Shown here: positions 1-11,346 of the stretch, piece after piece
Numbering within the stretch: position 1 is the first letter of the stretch
How the letters are laid out: every line of letters begins with the position of its first letter
Assembly: GCA_964016885.1 (NCBI GenBank)
Contig: OZ024759.1
Span: forward strand, 36,518,001 to 36,582,000
Reading direction: 5' to 3'
DNA from: Eledone cirrhosa
Taxonomy: Eukaryota
Length of the DNA: 64,000 nucleotides
Translations under genes and position numbers: made by a program
The notes under the pieces: model-generated
Seen by the model: only the letters and a program-made list of their open reading frames with translations
Database searches by the model: none
What the model was told of the DNA's origin: nothing

Positions 1-2626
1 TTATCACCTCTTCCTTCCTTCCTCAGTCGACGTTATCACCCCTTCCTTCCTCAGTCGACGTTATCACCCCTTCCTTCCTTCCTCAGTTGACGTTATCACC
101 CCTTCCTTCCTCAGTCGACGTTATCACCCCTTCCTTCCTTTCTCAGTCGTCGTTATCACCCCTTCCTTCCTTCCTCAGTTGACGTTATCACCCCTTCCTT
201 CCTTCCTCAGTTGACGTTATCACCCCTTCCTTCCTTCCTCAGTTGACGTTATCACCTCTTCCTTCCTAAGTTGACGTTATCACCCCTTCCTTCCTCAGTC
301 GATTTATCACCCCTTCCTTCCTCAGTCGACGTTATCACCCCTTCCTTCCTTCCTCAGTTGACGTTATCACCTCTTCCTTCCTTCCTAAGTTGACGTTATC
401 ACCCCTTCCTTCCTTCCTCCCTCAGTTGACGTTATCACCCCTTCCTTCCTAAGTTGACGTTATCACCCCTTCCTTCCTAAGTCGACGTTATCACCCCTTC
501 CTTCCTCAGTCGACGTTATCGCCCCTTTCTTCCTCAGTCGACGTTATCGCCCCTTCCTTCCTAAGTCGACGTTATCACCCCTTCCTTCCTCAGTCGACGT
601 TATCATCCCTTCCTTCCTCAGTCGACGTTATCACGCCTTCCTCCTTCCGAAGTCGACGTTATCACCCCTTCCTTCCTTCCTAAGTTAACGTTATCACCCC
701 TTCCTTCCTAAGTCGACGTTATCACCCCTTCCTTCCTCAGTCGACGTTATCGCCCCTTCCTTCCTTCCTAAGTCGACGTTATCACCCCTTCCTTCCTAAG
801 TTGACGTTATCACCCCTTCCTTCCTCAGTCGACGTTATCACCCCTTCCTTCCTCACTCGACGTTATCGCCCCTTCCTTCCTTCCTAAGTCGACGTTATCA
901 CCCCTTCCTTCCTAAGTTGACGTTATCACCCCTTCCTTCCTCAGTCGACGTTATCACCCCTTCCTTCCTAAGTTGACGTTATCACCCCTTCCTTCCTAAG
1001 TCGACGTTATCGCCCCTTCCTTCCTTCCTAAGTCGACTTTATCACCCCTTCCTTCCTCAGTCGACGTTATCGCCCCTTCCTAAGTCGACGTTATGACCCC
1101 TTCCTTTCTCAGTCGACGTTATCACCCCTTCCTTCCTTCCTAAGTCGACGTTATCACCCTGTCCTTCCTAAGTCGACGTTATCACCCCGTCCTTCCTCAG
1201 TCGACGTTATCACCCCTTCCTTCCTAAGTCGACGTTATCACCCTGTCCTTCCTCAGTCGACGTTATCACCCCTTCCTTCCTAAGTCGATTTTATCACCCC
1301 GTCCTTCCTCAGTCGACGTTATCGCCCCTTCCTTCCTCAGTCGACGTTATCGCCCCTTCCTTCCTAAGTCGACGTTATCGCCCCTTCCTTCCTTCCTAAG
1401 TTGACGTTATCACCCCTTCCTTCCTTCCTAAGTCGACTTTATCACCCCTTCCTTCCTAAGTCGACGTTATCGCCCCTTCCTTCCTTCCTAAGTTGACGTT
1501 ATCACCCCTTCCTTCCTTCCTAAGTCGACTTTATCACCCCTTCCTTCCTCAGTCGACGTTATCGCCCCTTCCTGCCTAAGTCGACGTTATGACCCCTTCC
1601 TTTCTCAGTCGACGTTATCACCCCTTCCTTCCTTCCTAAGTCGACGTTATCACCCTGTCCTTCCTAAGTCGACGTTATCACCCCGTCCTTCCTCAGTCGA
1701 CGTTATCACCCCTTCCTTCCTAAGTCGACGTTATCACCCTGTCCTTCCTCAGTCGACGTTATCACCCCTTCCTTCCTAAGTCGATTTTATCACCCCGTCC
1801 TTCCTCAGTCGACGTTATCGCCCCTTCCTTCCTCAGTCGACGTTATCGCCCCTTCCTTCCTAAGTCGACGTTATCGCCCCTTCCTTCCTTCCTAAGTTGA
1901 CGTTATCACCCCTTCCTTCCTTCCTAAGTCGACTTTATCACCCCTTCCTTCCTAAGTCGACGTTATCGCCCCTTCCTTCCTTCCTAAGTTGACGTTATCA
2001 CCCCTTCCTTCCTTCCTAAGTCGACTTTATCACCCCTTCCTTCCTCAGTCGACGTTATCGCCCCTTCCTGCCTAAGTCGACGTTATGACCCCTTCCTTTC
2101 TCAGTCGACGTTATCACCCCTTCCTTCCTTCCTAAGTCGACGTTATCACCCTGTCCTTCCTAAGTCGACGTTATCACCCCGTCCTTCCTCAGTCGACGTT
2201 ATCACCCCTTCCTTCCTAAGTCGACGTTATCACCCTGTCCTTCCTCAGTCGACGTTATCACCCCTTCCTTCCTAAGTCGATTTTATCACCCCGTCCTTCC
2301 TCAGTCGACGTTATCGCCCCTTCCTTCCTCAGTCGACGTTATCGCCCCTTCCTTCCTAAGTCGACGTTATCGCCCCTTCCTTCCTTCCTAAGTTGACGTT
2401 ATCACCCCTTCCTTCCTTCCTAAGTCGACTTTATCACCCCTTCCTTCCTCAGTCGACGTTATCGCCCCTTCCTTCCTAAGTCGACGTTATGACCCCTTCC
2501 TTTCTCAGTCGACGTTATCACCCCTTCCTTCCTCAGTCGACGTTATGACCCCTTCCTTTCTCAGTCGACGTTATCACCCCTTCCTTCCTTCCTCAGTCGA
2601 CGTCATCACCCCTTCCTTCCTCAGTC
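1..2626. repeat. Satellite, 26/30-bp monomer GTCGACGTTATCACCCC(TTCC)2-3T(C/A)A, with a 496-bp higher-order period; runs off the left edge
   Basis: About 95 tandem monomers. Variant TCGATTTTATC recurs at 1285, 1781 and 2277, 496 bp apart. Confidence 0.95.
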
Positions 2627-2749
2627 ATCTCTTGTGACGGACAAAAACACAAGAGTACTATATATATAATATTTTATAATACTTTATAATATTGTGTAGT
2701 GAGAATATATATATATATTTATATATAAATACATAATCGGAGAAAGCTG

Positions 2750-2783
<34 letters not shown>

Positions 2784-2849
2784 CATCGTCATCCGGTGGC
2801 CTCAGCCGATATCAACTTAACAATTGATCTCTATGTGGGTCTGTCATTC

Positions 2850-3099
2850 ATTACCGTTTTTTCAATGCCAGAATCTCTCGAAATGACATTGGGATAGGAG
2901 AGCTTGCGCCCCCTGTTATTAGTGACTGCTTATGGTTTCCAAAGCACTAATGGGGACACAGCCTCATAGGTGGCACGATGGCACTGGCCAGCAAAATTTA
3001 CTCTCCTTTTACGTACAATGACAGATAGGCACGGGAGGCCAGCATATATCTCTCTCAAAGTCAGATCTGAATGTGTTGAAGCAGGCGAGTGTAGGTGAC

Positions 3100-3134
<35 letters not shown>

Positions 3135-3270
3135 CAGCAGTAGTAGTAGTAGTAGTATGAGTAGTAGTGTAAGTGCCATCAAGGTGCTTTTGTTGTTTGG
3201 ATGAAAGCATCCATGTTTCACTTCCATATAACAAGACTGGTTGAACTGTTAGTTGGAAGAGTGTGATGTT
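2850..3270 (-). mobile_element. Degenerate RTE-type LINE C-terminal fragment, interrupted by a (TAG)n microsatellite
   Basis: Translation TLFQLTVQPVLLYGSETW..KHLDGTYT[repeat]YTRLL; LLYGSETW is a typical post-RT motif of RTE-clade LINEs. Confidence 0.7.
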
Positions 3271-3370
3271 GGTATGGTTGGATCCTGGGCCTTCCGCAGT
3301 ACCAAGGTTTGTGGTCGATGAAATATGAAAAATAAGGTAAAACTTATTGTTTTGTTTTGTCATTCTTACT

Positions 3371-3586
3371 GGTGGATTGGCAGAATCGGTAGAGCACCAC
3401 ACACCATGCTTTACAGCATAGAGTTACGGCCCTTTACGATCTGAGTTCAAATCCCGCCGAGGTTAGCGTTGCCTTTCATCCATACAGGGTCGATAAAATA
3501 AAGTACCAGTAATGTACTGGGGTCAATTTAATCGACTTTCCCCTCCCCCAAAATTGCTGGCCTTGTGCCTAAAGTAGAAACAATTC
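3371..3586 (+). mobile_element. tRNA-derived SINE family A (other copies near 7584-7770, 29725-29925, 30406-30630, 31500-31680(-), 31903-32085, 60049-60237)
   Basis: Box A-like TGGCAGAATCGG and box B GAGTTCAAATCC, a shared body TTGCCTTTCATCC..GGGTCGATAAAATAAAGTACCAGT and an (ATT)n tail; many dispersed copies in the window. Confidence 0.85.
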
Positions 3587-3764
3587 TTACTTTACTCCAA
3601 TTCCCCCAGTATATCTCCTGTTTACGTTGTACCAGCTTTCCCAATACATTATTATATGAGGTTGTTATAGTTTACTGGAAGCATTGTGGATTATGGAAGA
3701 TGGAAAGTGGTTCTGGTTGAGAAGCTGTTGGAGACTTCCTACACACACACTTTTCATCATCATT

Positions 3765-3813
<49 letters not shown>

Positions 3814-3941
3814 GTGTGTGTACATGTATGAGAGTGTGTATGTATATTGTCTACATTTACTGCTCATGACCTCCTTCTTATGACACCCCCCACTCCCCTA
3901 GTCACAACACCATGCTGTAAAAGACAGATATAGATATATAT

Positions 3942-4009
<68 letters not shown>

Positions 4010-4175
4010 TATATATATATATCATCATCATCGTTTAACGTCTAGCTTCCTCGCTAGCATGGGTTATATATATATATATAGAGAGAGAGAAATGGCTTCT
4101 ACAGGACTAGAACTGTTTCATTCAGAAGAAACCACCAGAAAATGTATAAATACCACCGTATTACATTGACAGTCT

Positions 4176-4226
4176 GCTTTCCTGATGATTTCTCCCAAAT
4201 GAAACAGTTCTAGTCCTGTAGAAACC
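4176..4226 (+). ncRNA. Minimal type I hammerhead ribozyme motif (Penelope-like), family 2
   Basis: TTTC-CTGATGA(4182-4188)-12 nt-GAAACAG(4201)-loop-CTGTA-GAAA. Stem III is ACAG/CTGT, stem I is TTTC/GAAA, the cleavage triplet is GUA; stem II is weak. Confidence 0.6.
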
Positions 4227-4375
4227 ATTTCTATATTAAATATTTATACTCTGCTTTGTATTGAGTACCTTACTTACTGTGGTTAGCTCTGATAGAACCC
4301 AGGATAAACATATATATCTATCTATATATATATATCATCATCATCATCATTTTACGTCCGCTTTTCCCTGCTTAC

Positions 4376-4407
<32 letters not shown>

Positions 4408-4601
4408 GGAGAGAAAGAGAGAGATGTAATTATATATACAAAGTGTCCCCTAAAAATGTAAACACACTATGATTACCTGTACAGGCAATATTTATTAGAA
4501 TGCAGTTGAAGTGTGTATACATTTTTAGGGCATATATATGTGTATATATATATATATGTGTGTGTGTATATATATATATGTGTGTGTGTGTGTATATATA
4601 T

Positions 4602-4719
4602 ATAGGAACGAGTAGGACCCCGACGGCTGAGCTCAAGCCGTTTCGACGGCTAATTCTGGACCCAGAATTAGCTGTCGAAACGGCTTGAGCTCAGCCGTCG
4701 GGGTCCTACTCATTCCTAT
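4602..4719. repeat. Near-perfect ~118-bp palindrome made of the 3' half of a hammerhead-bearing repeat
   Basis: GAGTAGGACCCCGACGGCTGAGCTCAAGCCGTTTCGACGGCTAATTCTGG..CCAGAATTAGCTGTCGAAACGGCTTGAGCTCAGCCGTCGGGGTCCTACTC. Confidence 0.9.
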
Positions 4720-5113
4720 TACCCACTCTACTACCCTAAGTATTGAGTACTTTGGTGCGTTATGGTCCACTTGGTTCCTTACCACATTTTCCTTCGTTAT
4801 ATATATATGTTGTGAGTTCAATTCTCAGACCGGGTGATGTGTTGTTTCCTTGAGCAAGACACTTTATTTCACATTGCTCCAGTTTACTCAGCTGTAGAAA
4901 TGAGATGATAGGGACTGGGGTCCATATCATTCCACTGTAAAGTGGTCGTGGAGGTGCCACGGCAAAAAAGCACCCAGCACTCACTGTAAATGAGGTTGGT
5001 GTTAGGTAGGGCATCTAGCTGTAGAAATCAAGCCAAAATCAGTTCCCGTCCCACCCTTGCAAGCAGGGAAAAGTGGACGTAAAATGAAATGATGATGATA
5101 CACACTTTTCATT

Positions 5114-5151
<38 letters not shown>

Positions 5152-5379
5152 TATATATATACACACACAAACACAAATGTATGTGCATGTGTGTATGTGG
5201 CTTGATTTTCAATGTCCAAATAATTGAGGTCATCCTTCTGGTACACTACACCACCCTCTCTCTCCCACTACTTTCTCAGTAAAACAGCAACAATTGTCCA
5301 CACCTTCCCAATTCAAATACCTATACACCAAATTTTACAATGACTGTACACTGGACAAGGGAGTTTTAAACAACCCCAG

Positions 5380-5595
5380 ACAGGCCTCTCTAGCCTTTGA
5401 AAGGCTCAGATAAGCCTCTGTAGTTTTTGATATCCTCAGATAAGCTACTGTTGTTTTTGAAAGGCTCAGATAGGCCTCTGTAAGGTTTTGAAAGGTTCGA
5501 ACAAGCCTCTGTAGTTTTTAAAAGGTTCAGATAGGCCTCTGTAGCTTTTGCAAGGCTCAGTCAGGCTTCTGTAGGTTTTGAAAGGTTTGAAAAGA
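5380..5595. repeat. Degenerate ~30-bp minisatellite (AAAGGCTCAGATAGGCCTCTGTAGTTTTTG), about 7 copies
   Basis: Tandem copies visible in the sequence. Confidence 0.8.
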
Positions 5596-6950
5596 TGATA
5601 TTTTTTTAACCCTTTAGCATTCACATTACTCTATATATACTATTATATTTTCATGGTAAAGGCTTTACCTCGCATAATTATCTCACATAATATCGAATCT
5701 ATGAGATTTTGAAAGTATTTATTTTGAGAACAATACCTTAACATCAGTTTAAGCGACCAGTTACAGCCAGTTTCAACAGAATGAGGTAGAATGAGTTTGA
5801 ATATTAAAGGGTTAAATCAGCTGTATCCAGCCAGAATTCTCTCACCTCTTTCTGTTCAAACCAGCCATAACTGGCTGCTCATATTTATGTTACGGTATTC
5901 TTTTCAAAATAAATAATATCAAATTCTCATAGATTCGATATTATGTGAGATAAAGCCTTTACAGTAGAAATACAATAGTATATATGTTGTTACAGCTCAC
6001 ACCTATGCAGGTTTAGCTGGCCTCCTCCAAAGTATATCTCGTTGGAGGTGTCTTGGGTAATTTAATGATAGGGGCCTCAGTCCTATCATCTCATTTCTAC
6101 AGCTGAGTAAACTGGAACAACAAGAAATAAAGTGTCTTGCTCAAGGAAACAACACATCACCCGGTCCGAGAATTGAACTCACAACTTTTCGATTACAAGC
6201 CCAATGCTCTAACCACTAAGCCATGTGCCTGCACTGAATAGTATATATGGAGTAATATATGCAGTGAATAGTATATATGGAGTAATGTAAATGGTAAAAG
6301 GTTCAACACCCATCTCAAACTTCATACACTATCTGTGTCTTTATATCTCCTATATAGGTGTGAGATATGGACCACATACAGCTGATATATTAAGGCTCTT
6401 GAGACCCTTAATATTCAGTGACCCCAGAAGATCCTTCCAGTCTCCTGTTAAAGTTAAAGTCTGTTCTATTATCCAGGGGTTTATCAGGCTGGTGCGTACC
6501 CTAGTTTCTTCCACATTAACGCTTTAGCATTTTAAAGGCCCCACTTGATCACGAATGACCATGGTTAAGTTACCTTCCGAGGCACAAGCCTGGGCAAGGT
6601 TTGTTTTGTGGAAGACCAACAATCACTCATACATACCAGTCTCCTATCTCCATGCCATCGATGTTGTCCAAGGGAAAGGCAATGACCGATACAGCTTGGC
6701 ACCAGTGTGTGTGTGTATCTGGGGTGGGTAACAACAGTTAAAAAAAGGTACTCAATACATTAGTAGAGTATAGGCATCTTTATTATATATAGAAATTACT
6801 TCTCCGGGACTAGAACTGTTTCATTTATATAGAAATATATATATAAGCTATATAAGAGGATGTACATTTAAAACTGTCTCTCTTCTTTATAGTATACTAT
6901 ATGCTATGTATGTATATTTTACGATGATGCCGTAAACGGAATCGTACAAA

Positions 6951-6958
6951 TTTGGCGC
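6951..6958 (+). promoter_or_regulatory. E2F consensus site TTTGGCGC upstream of the PRIM1 start codon
   Basis: Matches TTTSSCGC, about 60 nt before the ATG, in a locally CpG-containing patch. Replication genes are classic E2F targets. Confidence 0.5.
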
Positions 6959-7013
6959 TAAATTTCAGTTATCGTGGGAAGAAAAAAAGTCAACAACATA
7001 ATTGACTGTAACA

Positions 7014-7125
7014 ATGCTTTCCTCTACCAAATACGATCCTGAGATTTTACCAGATCTATTGCCAGTTTACTACAAACATCTTTTTCCATTTAATCCGTAT
7101 TGTATATGGCTTCGATACGGTGTCC
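7014..7125 (+). CDS. PRIM1: PRIM1 exon 1
   Basis: [37 protein letters not shown]; donor GTGAGT. Confidence 0.92.
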
Positions 7126-10100
7126 GTGAGTTTGTTTCTCAATATTTTATAAAATTTTAACTGATGTTTGTATCGTCAGAGACTTGATGACGGTTCGAGC
7201 AGGTCTTCCTCTACTGCCAGTGCTGGATTTTCCGTTGTGTTTCAGCACAGGGTCCCGTTTACTAGAGAGAGGGGCATCTTCCTGTCCCAAACATTTTTAC
7301 GGTGAATTTTTCAAATGTTTGGGGCCTCATAACTTGTCTAGCACAGGGCCTCATTTGTCCTAAATCCGACACTGTCTACTGCATCTCTCGTGAGTTAGTT
7401 CCCACAATAGTAGCTTATGTAAAAATTCCTGCTTATTTCTCTTACAAAAAAGAGTCAGGACCCCGACGGCTGAGCTCCGCCGTCGGGGTCCTGAATCTTT
7501 TCATATTACTCACTCTACTACCCCAAGGTTGTAGCGTACCTGAGCATTGTACACAATAATTTCATCATTATTATTATATATGATCTGAGTTCAAATCCCG
7601 CCGAGGTTAACTTTGCCTTTCTTCCTTACGGGGTCGATAAAATATAGTACCATTAATACATTGAGATAGTACCAGTAATACACTGAGATAGTACCAATAA
7701 TGCACTGAGATAGTACCAGTAATACACTGAAATAATTGCTGGCCTTGTGCCAAAAGTAGAAACTATTATTATATAGAACACCCCAATGGATTTCAGTGGT
7801 AAAAAAAAGATTTCTCGTTTTTTTTTTCATTTAAAATATATATGAGGGGCGAATGAAAAGTTTTGGTCCGCACACAGAAAACAAATATTTATACAAATGA
7901 AATTTTGTCTGTGAAATCTGTGACATGTTCTTATAGTGCTAGCCAGGTTTCATGGTCTAAACACTTTCTCATTTCTTTTTGGAGATATTTAAAGTTCGTA
8001 TAGAGACATCAGGGCAGCAAGAAGCTGACCATCGATCACAGGAAAGTATAGCTGGACAGATTTCATGGCAGGAGACCCAAAGGTAGACCCCGAGCATGAT
8101 AGTTGGATGACATCCATGAGCTTGGCTGGTCTCACTTGGGGATCCAGTTGGAGACGGTTGCTACTGACAGGACCCACTGGAAGGAGTGTTTGAGGACCCT
8201 GCCCCCACGACTCGCTCAGGAACAAGTGGGCGAAGAAGATTTCTTAAAGTTGATGTACTCAGGTGTTTTATAAAAAATGTCGAAACTCTAGTATTGAGCA
8301 GTGATCAAGCATCTGCAGTTGTAAGGCGTTTAGCCTTTTTAGAGGCTGTTCTAGTGATAAGTTTCCTCATTTTTATATGTATTTATTATTATTATTATTG
8401 TTATTATTTATTCATGTCTTTTCACATACACTCTTTTTTTCTCTTTACAGCCCAGAAAAGTTATTTTTCTCTGAGAGAATTTTCTTTCACCCTCAAAGAT
8501 GATCTTTATATTCGGTACCAGTCTTTTATTGACCAAAAGGATCTTGAATCAGAAATCAGCAAGTTATGTCCTTACAAAATCGATATTGGTGCTGTATTTT
8601 CATTCACGGTAATATATATTTATTGATATACTGTATTTCCCGGTGCTGAAGACGCATCGTCCTCAAGGACGCACCCTAATTTTGACAACCAAAAACTTGA
8701 AAAAAAAAAATAAACAACCTTTGGCCTCCAGGACGCATGGTAGATTTTGGAGACTTATTTTAGGAAAATTGTAGCGTCTTTGACGCCAGGAAATACGGTA
8801 ATCTAATTGTAAAGTGGTAGTGTTACTGCCATGACAAAACACACCCAGTACACTCTGTAAAGTGGTAGTGCTGCTGCCATGATAAAATGTACCCAGTTCA
8901 CCCTGTAAAGTGGTAATGTTGTTGCCACAATAAAACACACACAGTACACCCTGTAAAATAGTACTGTTGGTGCCATGATAAAACATACTCAGTACACACT
9001 ATAAAGTGGTAGTGTTACTGTTATGATAAACACACCCAGTACATTCTATAGAGTAATAGTGCTATTGAGATGATAAAATGTACCCAGTATATCCTGTGAG
9101 ATGTTACAGAAGTCATCTAGCTGTAGAAACCATGGTAGTTTCTATGTACTATACATGCACCTTTGATGAGTTGTAGTGCACCTGAGCACTGTACACAATA
9201 ATTTCATTATATTATATATTATTCATTATATTGTTCTCAAAATAAATAATATCAAAATCTCATAGATTCAATATTATGTGAAGTAAAACCTTTACCGTGA
9301 AAATATAGTATATATAGAGTAATGTAAATGGTAATGAGGTAAACCATCATTTAACATGTATGTACATGTAATATTTGACATAAATTGTAAACTTACTGCA
9401 CAAAATTAGACTTAGAAGCAGAGGTCCACTACATATTAACCCTTTAGCATTTACATTACTCTATATATGCTATTGTATTTTCACAGTAAAGGCTTTACCT
9501 CACATAATATCTCACATAACATTTACATTACTCTATATATACTATTGTATTTTCACAGTAAAGGCTTTACCTCACATAATATCTCACATAACATTTACAT
9601 TACTCTCTATATACTATTGTATTTTAACAGTAAAGGCTTTACCTCACATAATATCTCACATAACATTTACATTACTCTCTATATACTATTGTATTTTCAC
9701 AGTAAAGGCTTTACCTCACATAATATCTCACATAACATTTACATTACTCTCTATATACTATTGTATTTTAACAGTAAAGGCTTTACCTCACATAATATCT
9801 CACATAACATTTACATTACTCTCTATATACTATTGTATTTTAACAGTAAAGGCTTTACCTCACATAATATCTCACATAACATTTACATTACTCTCTATAT
9901 ATACTATTGTATTTTAACAGTAAAGGCTTTACCTCACATAATATCTCACATAACATTTACATTACTCTATATATACTATTGTATTTTCACAGTAAAGGCT
10001 TTACCTCACATAATATCTCACATAATATCGAATCTATGAGATTTTGATATTATTTATTTTGAAAACAATACCTTAATGTCAGTTTGAGCAGCCGGTACAG

Positions 10101-11292
10101 CCAGTTTAAATGCTAAAGGATTAAAATAATCACTGAGTGTTGGTTTAAATGCCTTACACAAGCAGGGGTCAACTACATGTTCACCTTTTAGTGACCAACC
10201 TGACCAAAACCCGCTCTGGTTCTATCAAATAAAACCACCCATTTTTAAAGGTTTCCAATTTAAATTAAAAAATCTTTCAATATAATTTTATATAAGAACT
10301 TTACATTAAGTTACTATCTTAGTAATGAAATAATTAATAATTTTAGTAAATCCCTCAAAATTCTTTATTAATTAATTGAAATAGAATGTATTTCATTAGA
10401 AATGTGGTAATGAAAAGGTTAAATTAATCATTGCTCTGTCTTCCAGCCAAGATTGCACAGGGCCATCAAAGCCAGTTGTTTTGTGGCCGAAGAAAAGGAA
10501 TTAGTTTTTGATATTGATATGACTGATTACGATGATGTAAGGAACTGCTGCTCGTAAGATTTTCCTCTCTCTTCTTACTTATTATACATTATTTTCTTCT
10601 TCTTCTACTTATTCATGAGAAGGTCATGGGGGTAGAGTCCTCAAACACTCCTTCAAATGGATGAAAAGCAACTGTCTCCAACTGATTCCGCTGGTTCCCC
10701 ATGTGAGACCAGCCATGCCCATGGATGTTATCCAACTATTTAAATGCTAAAGGTTTAAAGTTAGTTATTCAAGGGTGGATTGAATAGTTCATAGTTTAAC
10801 TATGAAGGAGCGATGTTAGAGCTGTGAAATATTGCATGCATTAAATTCAACTCTTATTAATAACTGCATTGTTTCTTTTAGGGACTATGTTGAAAAATAA
10901 ACTTCATTTGATCATTCCATGAGAGTATCTTGGTCAGCCTATGAACTTTTCAGCTGTCCCTTGTATAACTAAATCCCTTCAAATACTTTGAAAATTATTG
11001 ATACAGTCTTTTATTAGAAATATGGTAATGAAAGGTTTGAAGTTTTCTAATTTAATCTTAATTATTTGTATATAATTATTTTCCAAATGTTTCAGTGGTG
11101 CCCAGATTTGTAAGAAATGTTGGCCCTTAATGATTATAGCAATAAAAATCCTGGATAAAGCATTGAGGGGTAAGTTTCTCACTCCTTATATAATTATTGT
11201 TGTTTCTTTGACCCATAACTGGATTTATATATATATATATATCATCATCATCATTGTTTAACGTCCATCTTCCACGACACATATGTATATAT

Positions 11293-11346
<54 letters not shown>

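Noticed and set aside
9467-10039. Repeat-protein ORFs here and at 15111-15754
   Set aside because: They are open only because the MITE-derived units are multiples of 3 (72 and 60 bp).
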